IMG/VR virus record: IMGVR_UViG_3300047392_000113
Span: 1 to 55,151 of that record
DNA length: 55,151 nucleotides
Direction: 5' to 3' (one strand)
Source: a virus
Taxonomy: Duplodnaviria; Heunggongvirae; Uroviricota; Caudoviricetes
Part shown: piece by piece, positions 23,991-32,394 of the stretch
Layout of the letters: every line of letters begins with the position of its first letter
How positions within the stretch are numbered: position 1 is the stretch's first letter
Notes under the pieces: generated by a model
Databases searched by the model: none
Told to the model about the DNA's origin: nothing
The model's input: the letters and a program-made list of their open reading frames with translations, nothing else
Made by a program: the position numbers and the translations under genes

Positions 23991-26900
23991 ATGTTTTATA
24001 CTGGTGTTGTTGAAAATAGAATAGATCCATTACAACTTGGAAGATGCCAAGTGCGTATCGTAGGATTACACACGCACGATAAAACTCAACTACCAACAGA
24101 ACAGTTGCCATGGGCAATGCCAGTGCAACCAGTTACATCTGCTGCGATGAATGGTATTGGTTTCACACCAATTGGTCCAGTTGAAGGTAGTACTGTTATT
24201 ATTATGTTCGCTGACCCAGATCAGCAACAACCAATTATGTTGGGTACTGTTGGTGGTATCCCATCAATCCCAAAGAATATTGAAGATGATGATAGTGTTC
24301 TGCCTATTGACGGTGAACCGAGAACTAAAGATATTGTTCTTAGAACAATCGTTGGACCAGTATCAGGTAAACAACTAACCTTTTATGATCCAGAAGAAGG
24401 TAAAACTAATTTAACCAGAAATTTAAAAGCCAATATGAGAATTGTTGGCTTTGGATTGACAGATAACTGTTACATCGTTAGTATTGATGGACCACTACAA
24501 ATCACTATTAGTGAATTTGTTGCTGGTTACGGTGAGAACATCTTAACATTCAAAGATGCGCCTTCTAACTTAGATGCAGTTAATCGTGGAAATTTGATCG
24601 GTGTTCTGACAGACGGTAGCGGTAAACCAGTAACAGACGGTAGCGGTAAACCAGTTAAAGCTGCAGCAGAACCAGCGTCCGAGAATACTGGGGCTACACC
24701 AGTCGCTTCTGGCACTAATACATCTATTCCTATTATTCCTCCACCAAAAGCAACATCAAACTCTTCCAAAGCAACAGAAGGTATCAAGGCACTAATTGCT
24801 GCGTGCGATAAAGTTGGTTTGACTACTAAAGAACAAAAGTGTGCATTGTTGGGTATTGCTGGTGGTGAATCAGGATGGATCCCACAGAACGAATCATACA
24901 ATTATTCTAAGTCACGCATTAAACAAATCTTCTCGTTCTTAACAGACGAGGAAGCTGAAAAATATTCTGATGCTTCTAAGAAAGGCATCACACGTGAACA
25001 GTTCTTCACTGTAATCTATGGACCATCAAAGCGTGGTAAAAACTTCTTAGGAAATCAGACAGACGAAGATGGTGGTAAGTACTACGGACGTGGATTCATC
25101 CAGCTGACTGGTAAAGCGAACTATAAAAAGTATCAAGATATGGCTAACAAACTGGGTCTTAACTTAGACTTAGTCAATAACCCAGATTCACTTGACACTG
25201 ACATTAATGTATCTGCTTTAGTTGCTGCTCTATACATTAAGGATCGTGTACCAAAGGGAACAAAGGAAACTGACCATCCTGGATACTTTTATTCTGCAAA
25301 GAAAGCTGTTGGCGTAAACTCACCAGATATTGCAGCAAGAAAGTTAGCGTATTACGAGTATTTCTATGGAACACAGGCAACAGGTTCTGTAGATAAAGAC
25401 GCATCTGCTCCTCCTGCATCTCCTCCACCAGAATTTAGTGGAACTCCTGGTCCATCATCAGAATCTGTTAAACGTGGAACAGACAATACAGGTTTCCGTG
25501 ATCCAAATAACAAATATCCACTAAAGGATTACATCAATGAACCAGACACAAATCGTTTGGCACGTGGTATTATTGATGGTACTGTTGTTGAGAAAAAAGA
25601 CGCCAATGTAAAGAAGGGTATCCCTAAAGCATATGATAGTGGGTCTTGGGATCAGCCAGCTCCACCATTTGGCGCAAAGTATCCATACAATAAAGTTTTT
25701 GAAACAGAATCTGGACACATTCAAGAATTTGATGATACTCCAGGACAAGAGCGTATCCACACTTATCATCGTTCTGGTACGTATACTGAAATTGATGCAA
25801 ACGGCACTCAAGTAAATTATATCGTCGGCGATAGCTTTACATTGATGGAGCGTAACGGATGTATCCACGTAGCTGGTGAATGTAATATTACCGTTGAAGG
25901 TAATACAAACATCTTTGCCAGAACAGACGCTAACATTGAAGTCTCTCAGAACGCAAACATTCGAGTTGGAAACAATGTTGATCTTGGTGTAGCGAATGAT
26001 ATGTATATTGCTGCTGGTGGAGACATTTTAGTCAAAGCTGGTGGTGATTTTAATGTACAGGCTGCAAATATCCATCAAAAGGCTGATTCAGCGTTTGCTG
26101 TACAAGGTGGAGAAGGTATCAGTGTTAAGGGTAACACAGTAAATATGGAGTCTGCTGGATCTATGGATCTTCTTGCAGGTGGCACATTCTCTGCTGATTA
26201 CTCTCAAGGACAGTTTGGTAATGGTGCTGCTGGCGCTTCTGATGTTGAACCTGTTGAGTTGACACCTCCTACTGCTGGTGATCCACAGAATCCTACTGTT
26301 CCATATCTAATTCCACCCGAGAGACAAGCAGAGGCTCTTGCAGCTAACGAAACTCCAGAAGATTATGATACGCCAGAAGGACGCAGAAATTCTAAAGAAC
26401 AAGAAATACAAGGTGTTCCGAATGCACCTGCTCCAGTTGCTAGTGAAGAAGCTATTCCATCTAAAGGTGCAGCTGGTAAAGAAGTTCCTGTTGACTGTAA
26501 GATTATCTACACTACTAAAAACTTCACCAACGACTACACTATTTCCAAGAATTTCTCTCTTGGTATGTTGATGGATGGTGGTGTTAATGGCAAACATAAG
26601 TTAGTTGATCAGATCCTTAAAGATGGACCAAGTTCTGCTGAACGTGTATTCACTGTTCAGGAAATTGTGTGTAACTTGGCGATGTCTGCTCAAAACATCT
26701 TGGAACCATACACAGAGATTATGCCAGGAGGTATCGGTGGCTTCCGCAAACAATGGATGATCTCATCTGGTTATCGTCTAAAGGGAGTTGTTCCTACTGA
26801 GTCTCCATTCTCAGATCACTGTAAGGGACACTGTTTTGACGTGGCGTTAATGTTACCAGACCGTAACAATAAGACATTCCAGCTAGTTCAACAACTAGAA

Positions 26901-27101
26901 AAGGCTGTTAAATACGACCAGATTATCTTAGAATACCGCAATCCCGATTCAGTTTGGATCCATACTGCATATAAACCACAAGGTAATCGTGGTATGGCGT
27001 TCACTATGGTTAACGACTCAACATACAAACGTGACGCAAAGGGGATGCCAGCTGGATTCTTCTTGCTTGATACTATTCCTCCGAAGGCTAAGAAGGTATA
27101 A
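23991..27101 (+). CDS. gp5: baseplate hub spike with GH19 lysozyme and C-terminal M15-like peptidase
   Basis: OB-fold FYTGVVENRIDPLQLGRCQVRI; GH19 YYGRGFIQLTG; YPYNKVFETESGH/EFDDTPGQERI spike start; SGYR...SDHCKGHCFD...WIH. Confidence 0.9.
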   Translation: MFYTGVVENRIDPLQLGRCQVRIVGLHTHDKTQLPTEQLPWAMPVQPVTSAAMNGIGFTPIGPVEGSTVIIMFADPDQQQPIMLGTVGGIPSIPKNIEDDDSVLPIDGEPRTKDIVLRTIVGPVSGKQLTFYDPEEGKTNLTRNLKANMRIVGFGLTDNCYIVSIDGPLQITISEFVAGYGENILTFKDAPSNLDAVNRGNLIGVLTDGSGKPVTDGSGKPVKAAAEPASENTGATPVASGTNTSIPIIPPPKATSNSSKATEGIKALIAACDKVGLTTKEQKCALLGIAGGESGWIPQNESYNYSKSRIKQIFSFLTDEEAEKYSDASKKGITREQFFTVIYGPSKRGKNFLGNQTDEDGGKYYGRGFIQLTGKANYKKYQDMANKLGLNLDLVNNPDSLDTDINVSALVAALYIKDRVPKGTKETDHPGYFYSAKKAVGVNSPDIAARKLAYYEYFYGTQATGSVDKDASAPPASPPPEFSGTPGPSSESVKRGTDNTGFRDPNNKYPLKDYINEPDTNRLARGIIDGTVVEKKDANVKKGIPKAYDSGSWDQPAPPFGAKYPYNKVFETESGHIQEFDDTPGQERIHTYHRSGTYTEIDANGTQVNYIVGDSFTLMERNGCIHVAGECNITVEGNTNIFARTDANIEVSQNANIRVGNNVDLGVANDMYIAAGGDILVKAGGDFNVQAANIHQKADSAFAVQGGEGISVKGNTVNMESAGSMDLLAGGTFSADYSQGQFGNGAAGASDVEPVELTPPTAGDPQNPTVPYLIPPERQAEALAANETPEDYDTPEGRRNSKEQEIQGVPNAPAPVASEEAIPSKGAAGKEVPVDCKIIYTTKNFTNDYTISKNFSLGMLMDGGVNGKHKLVDQILKDGPSSAERVFTVQEIVCNLAMSAQNILEPYTEIMPGGIGGFRKQWMISSGYRLKGVVPTESPFSDHCKGHCFDVALMLPDRNNKTFQLVQQLEKAVKYDQIILEYRNPDSVWIHTAYKPQGNRGMAFTMVNDSTYKRDAKGMPAGFFLLDTIPPKAKKV

Positions 27102-27400
27102 TGGCTAGTCTGGCGTATTATGGAATCCTTAGTAAAGGGCAGGATGGTGGTCCACCAACTGCTCTTACACATAAACTCCAGTGCACGAAGACGTTTTTAT
27201 CTGGTGGTTTGGTTGGTGTAGTTGGAGACCAATTCGAAGCTCATACAGTTGGTAGAACTGTACATCAAGAATCACAAAGACAAATTGTTAGTGGTTCAAC
27301 TAAAACATTCTTCGAAGGTTTTGCTGCAGCTAGAACTGGTGACCCGATTGCTGATGGTGACGCTGTTGGTGAAGGCGATGCAAAAACTAAGGTAGGATAA
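27101..27400 (+). CDS. gp5.4: PAAR-like spike tip protein
   Basis: 99 aa directly after gp5; AARTGDPI motif. Confidence 0.8.
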   Translation: MASLAYYGILSKGQDGGPPTALTHKLQCTKTFLSGGLVGVVGDQFEAHTVGRTVHQESQRQIVSGSTKTFFEGFAAARTGDPIADGDAVGEGDAKTKVG

Positions 27401-27401
27401 C

Positions 27402-27408
27402 CTAAATA
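27402..27408 (+). promoter_or_regulatory. late promoter variant
   Basis: CTAAATA upstream of gp25. Confidence 0.55.
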
Positions 27409-27414
27409 ACTAAT

Positions 27415-27807
27415 ATGGCAAGAAATACAAGAACATTCTCAGATCTAGACTTCAATTTCACCGCTCACCCTGTGACTGGAGATCTTGTTCGCCGATTTGA
27501 CGAGCAGTCTATCAAAAATGCTCTTAAAAACCTAATTTTAACGTCTAACTACGAAAGACCATTTCATAGCGAGATCGGTAGCCCTATTAAACGACTTCTA
27601 TTCGAGCCAGCGACTCCTATGTTGCAGGTTATGATGGAAAGAGCTATCACGGACACAGTAAATAACTTCGAGCCAAGAGTAGAGTTATTAAACGTAGAAG
27701 TTGTTGTGAGTGAGGATGATTATACTGTTTACGTAGGTATTGAATTTAGAATCATTAACACTTCCCAACCTCTAACTCTTGAATTAACTCTAGAGAGAAC
27801 ACGATAA
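27415..27807 (+). CDS. gp25: baseplate wedge subunit
   Basis: FSDLDFNF, SIKNALKNLILT..YERPF, NFEPRV. Confidence 0.92.
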   Translation: MARNTRTFSDLDFNFTAHPVTGDLVRRFDEQSIKNALKNLILTSNYERPFHSEIGSPIKRLLFEPATPMLQVMMERAITDTVNNFEPRVELLNVEVVVSEDDYTVYVGIEFRIINTSQPLTLELTLERTR

Positions 27808-29645
27808 TGGCAAACAATAAAAAGATCAATGTCACAGAGCTAGACTTTGATAACATTAAACAAAACCTTAAAGACTTTTTAAGCACACAAGATCAATTCC
27901 AGGACTATAATTTTGAAGGTTCTGCGATGTCTGTTATGTTGGATGTTCTAGCATATAACACCCACTATAATGCGCTGTATAACAATATGGCAATCAATGA
28001 GATGTTCTTGGACTCTGCTAGAAAGCGCAACAACATCGTTTCTTTGGCTAAGATGTTAGGATACACTCCACGTTCTGCTAAATGTGCACGTGCAGTAGTT
28101 AATCTGATTGTTTCTGGTGGTTCTTCTGCTCCATCTAATATTACAGTTCCTTCATTATCCCCATTCACAACTATCATTGACGGTAAACAGTACTCTTTCT
28201 ATAATACTGGTTCTCTAACAGTTAATCGTTCTTCCACTGCTGGAAGTTATTTGGTTTCTGATGTAGAATTGATTGAAGGTACTCCATTAAGTTTTAAATA
28301 TAATGTTACTGATGGTGCGAGATACATTATTCCAAATGCCAATGTAGACATTGACACACTAAAGGTTCGTGTTCAACAATCTGCTACATCTTCAGTTTAT
28401 GAGACGTGGACCAGATCAGACAGCATTGTTTCTGCTTCTGGCACAACCAAAGCATTTTGGGTTAAAGAAATCGATGATGGTTTATATGAAGTCACATTCG
28501 GTAACGACTTAGTTGGTCGTGCATTAGATAACGGTAACGTAGTTCACTTTGATTATTTTGTGACAAATATGGATGCAGCGAATGGTGCATCTAACTTTAT
28601 CTACAATGGACCAACGATTCTTTCTGGAGCTAACGTAGCAGTTGTTACTACTTTAGCAGCATCAAATGGAGACAATAAAGAATCTAATGATTCCATTCGT
28701 TTCAATGCTCCAAAATTCTATGCTGCACAAAACCGTGCAGTTACTCCAGATGATTATAAAGCTCTAATTTATGCTAACGTACCAGAAGCATACTCTGTTG
28801 CTGTATGGGGTGGCGAAGATAATAATCCACCAGTTTATGGTAAGACATACGTCTGCATTAAACCAAAGAGCGCATCAAAACTAACTACTGTTGAAAAAGC
28901 TAATATTATTTCTACAGTGCTATCTCAGCGAAATGTGGTTTCTGTTATTCCAGAACTTGTAGATCCAGAATATATTAACATCGCTTTAGAAGTTAACGTC
29001 TACTATAATGAACAAGAAACTACTAAGTCCACTTCTGACATCGCAACTCTAGTTCGTCAGTCTATTCTTTCTTATAACGACGCAGACCTGCAAAAGTTTG
29101 ATGGTATTTTCCGCTTCTCTAAGTTAAGTAAGATCATTGACGAAACAGATCCATCTATCGTTAGTAACATCACAAATGTGTTGTTGCGTCGAAACTTACA
29201 ACCAAGATATAACGTCTCAGCGCAATATCTGTTAAATATGATCAACCCGATTTATTATTCAGGTGTTGCAGAAGAAGCATTCACTAGCACTGGTTTTTAT
29301 ATCTCTGGTTCTCCAGATATTCATTACCTAGATGATGACGGTATACAATATGTTCGTTTGTTCAAATATGGAAGCAATGCTACTAAAATTTATGTAGATG
29401 AGCAGATAGGAACTATCGACTATGCTAAAGGTATTGTTGATATCAGAAATCTAAACATTGTTGCTCTTGCTGACGTTGACTTTGAAATCTCAATTAAGCC
29501 TCAATCTTATGATGTTGTTTCAGCATTAACTCAGATAGCTCAGATCGCAGTTGACCATTTGAAGGTTAATGCGATCGCAGACAAAACAGCATCTGGCGAC
29601 TTACGTGGCGGATATAACTTCGTATTCTCTAATAGCAGATCATAA
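27807..29645 (+). CDS. gp6: baseplate wedge subunit
   Basis: LDFDNIK, DYNFEGS, LAYNTHYNA, QNRAVTPDDY, WGGEDN. Confidence 0.93.
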   Translation: MANNKKINVTELDFDNIKQNLKDFLSTQDQFQDYNFEGSAMSVMLDVLAYNTHYNALYNNMAINEMFLDSARKRNNIVSLAKMLGYTPRSAKCARAVVNLIVSGGSSAPSNITVPSLSPFTTIIDGKQYSFYNTGSLTVNRSSTAGSYLVSDVELIEGTPLSFKYNVTDGARYIIPNANVDIDTLKVRVQQSATSSVYETWTRSDSIVSASGTTKAFWVKEIDDGLYEVTFGNDLVGRALDNGNVVHFDYFVTNMDAANGASNFIYNGPTILSGANVAVVTTLAASNGDNKESNDSIRFNAPKFYAAQNRAVTPDDYKALIYANVPEAYSVAVWGGEDNNPPVYGKTYVCIKPKSASKLTTVEKANIISTVLSQRNVVSVIPELVDPEYINIALEVNVYYNEQETTKSTSDIATLVRQSILSYNDADLQKFDGIFRFSKLSKIIDETDPSIVSNITNVLLRRNLQPRYNVSAQYLLNMINPIYYSGVAEEAFTSTGFYISGSPDIHYLDDDGIQYVRLFKYGSNATKIYVDEQIGTIDYAKGIVDIRNLNIVALADVDFEISIKPQSYDVVSALTQIAQIAVDHLKVNAIADKTASGDLRGGYNFVFSNSRS

Positions 29646-31891
29646 TGATTACCAAACCTAAGCTGTCTTCTTTAGTCGCTTCTCAGGTACCAGAGTTTGT
29701 TCGCTCTGACTACCAGAGTTTCGTTGCATTCTTAGAAGCGTATTATGAGTATCTGGATAGCACTCAACAAAACTTAGAAGATCTTAGAGATCTGGATAAA
29801 ACACTAGGTTCGTTTATTCGCTATTTCAAAGATGAAGTTGCGAATAAGATGCCATACACAGCTATGGACGAACGTTTCTTGATGGAACATATCAAGGAAC
29901 ACTATGGTGCTAAGGGTTCCGAATCTTCTTATAAACTTTTATTCCGCATTTTATTCGGTAAAGAAGTTTCTATTGATTATCCAGCCAAGCAGATGCTTCG
30001 TGCTTCTGATGGTAAATGGAATCAAGACGTTTCTATTTTCTGTAAGATTCTTACTGGTAATCCTAACGACCCTATCGGTAAGATGGTTGACGTTGTTACC
30101 CCAACTAAAATTATTCGTGTTTTAGTTGATAGACGCCAATATGTTGAGATTGAAGTAGATCGTGCAGTTAAGGTTATGGATGGAGTTTATGAATACTTCA
30201 TCGATCGTCGCTTCTTCGGTAATATTGCGGTAGGAGACAGAATCAGATACCGTGATGATGTTAATGGAATCTACTTCACTGCTGAAATTCTATCTACTAC
30301 TTCTACTCTCGAGGTTCAAAAGCCTGGATCTGGATTTAAAGTAGGTGGTCTATACAACATTAAAAACTTCGATGGATATGGTTCCATTATGAAAGTTGTA
30401 CGTGTTGATAGTAACGGTGGAATCTTACAAGCACAGTTTATTAAGTATGGTATCGGATATACCACGGACTTTACAACTACATTATCAGCATCTTCTGGAC
30501 AAGATGTTGCTGGAACTGCTGGTACTACAATTCAACGTATCGACCAACCAGTAGGTAATGGTAACTTTTTGGTTAATCTTTCTATCACAGATAGAATGGA
30601 CGGTTTTGCAGAATCTGGTACAATTAACATGACCGATTACTGGACAACATATGCTGATGGTTCTTATGTTGGTCAGGTTATGCGTGAATTTGGTATTAGT
30701 AACATCGATGCAACAGCTGTTCTAACAGATCCTGCTATTATTAAGTGCTCTCTTGGTCCATTGGCTAAGTATCCTGGATACTATGTTAACAATGATGGAT
30801 TCTTAGATGACGCAATTTATATCCAAGATAGTCGTTATTACCAATCATATTCATACGTTGTTAAGATCGATGAAGCACTAGACTCATATAAGACTGCAGT
30901 TAAGAATTTGATTCATCCTGCAGGTATGGCGATCTTCGGTGAATACGACATCCGCAACGAATTCGATATTAGTGAACAACTAGAGTGTTTGATTAAGATT
31001 CTAAACATCAACACTAAGGATTCTGTAACTACGCAAGAAATTGGTCTGGCTCTGGATTTGACCAGAACTATGCCATATTTTAACATTACTAAGTATTTCG
31101 ACGATCAGTCGTTGAATGCAGATGGTAACGTTGAGGGTCAATATGTAACAATGCAGGAAATTGGTATCGCTCTTGATAATACAAGAACTATGCCATATCT
31201 TGATATTACAAAACCTATCAATAACACGACTCTGAATTATGATGGTGTAGCAGAAGTTCACCAAATTTCATTGTCTGATGGTGGAGATGTGACTAATTCT
31301 ACAAGAACTATGCCATATCTTGATGTTACCAAAGTATTTGATACAAATCACGTTATCGCCGATGGAGTCACTACAGACTCTGAATCTGTATTTACATTAG
31401 ATGAAACTGGTTCTGGTTCTACTAGAACTATGCCTTATTTTAATCAATCTAAGACCCTTGGTTATGTCGATGGCGTTAACACCCACCTAAATTTTGATGG
31501 TGTATTTGATACAGATTCTGTTTCTCTTGTAGAGAACGCTATCGGTTATGGCTATGGAGGACTAGTTCGTACTGGTCTAGATACATGGTCGATGAATAAG
31601 AGTATTTCTGCTGGACATTTATTATTTGATAACGTTACAGCAGATCCAGAGAGCGTTATACCTCTCGATACAGATGCATCTAGTGCAACTGACCTAAATA
31701 GAACGACACCCGCAATTTCTTTAACCACGACATTTGGTGTGCTTCTAAATGATGGTGTGACACCCGACACCAACATCGCTACTGCTTCAGACAGTGGCGG
31801 TACTATGGATTTGAATCCATATGCAGAAGCTGGTTGGTTCTTGAACGACGGTGGGTTGTTTGTAGGCAACCCAATTACATTCTCGGGTTAA
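29645..31891 (+). CDS. gp7: baseplate wedge initiator
   Basis: YGAKGSESSYKLLFRILFG, QDSRYYQSYSY and HPAGM motifs. Confidence 0.8.
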   Translation: MITKPKLSSLVASQVPEFVRSDYQSFVAFLEAYYEYLDSTQQNLEDLRDLDKTLGSFIRYFKDEVANKMPYTAMDERFLMEHIKEHYGAKGSESSYKLLFRILFGKEVSIDYPAKQMLRASDGKWNQDVSIFCKILTGNPNDPIGKMVDVVTPTKIIRVLVDRRQYVEIEVDRAVKVMDGVYEYFIDRRFFGNIAVGDRIRYRDDVNGIYFTAEILSTTSTLEVQKPGSGFKVGGLYNIKNFDGYGSIMKVVRVDSNGGILQAQFIKYGIGYTTDFTTTLSASSGQDVAGTAGTTIQRIDQPVGNGNFLVNLSITDRMDGFAESGTINMTDYWTTYADGSYVGQVMREFGISNIDATAVLTDPAIIKCSLGPLAKYPGYYVNNDGFLDDAIYIQDSRYYQSYSYVVKIDEALDSYKTAVKNLIHPAGMAIFGEYDIRNEFDISEQLECLIKILNINTKDSVTTQEIGLALDLTRTMPYFNITKYFDDQSLNADGNVEGQYVTMQEIGIALDNTRTMPYLDITKPINNTTLNYDGVAEVHQISLSDGGDVTNSTRTMPYLDVTKVFDTNHVIADGVTTDSESVFTLDETGSGSTRTMPYFNQSKTLGYVDGVNTHLNFDGVFDTDSVSLVENAIGYGYGGLVRTGLDTWSMNKSISAGHLLFDNVTADPESVIPLDTDASSATDLNRTTPAISLTTTFGVLLNDGVTPDTNIATASDSGGTMDLNPYAEAGWFLNDGGLFVGNPITFSG
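31064..31440 (+). repeat. four in-frame 120-nt (40-aa) repeats in gp7
   Basis: AGAACTATGCC (RTMPY) at 31064, 31184, 31304 and 31424. Confidence 0.9.
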
Positions 31892-31914
31892 TTAAAAACG
31901 AATAGGAGATTTCT

Positions 31915-32376
31915 ATGGAACTTCAAGACAACAATATTAAAATGATCGGTGATGTTAATATCAAGATTTTTGCAGCTGATGGCTCTTTAAAAGAAGAGAA
32001 ACAGGTTAAAAATTTGGTAGTTACCGCTGGTAAAACTTATATCGCTAACCGCATGCAGTCAAATAGTTTGCAGAGTGTTATGAACACTATGGCTATTGGT
32101 ACTAGCTCTACCACTCCAGCAGTTGCCAATACAACTCTAGGTGTTGAAGCTGGTCGTGTTGCGTTGGCATCTTTCTCTGCTTCTGGTAACCAAGTTACTG
32201 CAACTGCGACTTTCCCTGCTGGTACAGGTACTGGCGCTATCACTGAAGCTGGTATTTTCAACCCAACTACTGCAGGTGGTTCTGGTGGTACTATGCTTTG
32301 CCGTACCACTTTCCCAACAGTTAACAAAGCAGCTGGTGACTCTATTGCTGTTACTTGGGTTATTACTGTAAGTTAA
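31915..32376 (+). CDS. virion structural protein
   Basis: KNLVVTAGK...AIGT...ITEAGIF...MLCRTTFP..NK...VTWVIT pattern; AGGAG RBS. Confidence 0.7.
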   Translation: MELQDNNIKMIGDVNIKIFAADGSLKEEKQVKNLVVTAGKTYIANRMQSNSLQSVMNTMAIGTSSTTPAVANTTLGVEAGRVALASFSASGNQVTATATFPAGTGTGAITEAGIFNPTTAGGSGGTMLCRTTFPTVNKAAGDSIAVTWVITVS

Positions 32377-32394
32377 TTTTCAGGGCTATTATAA

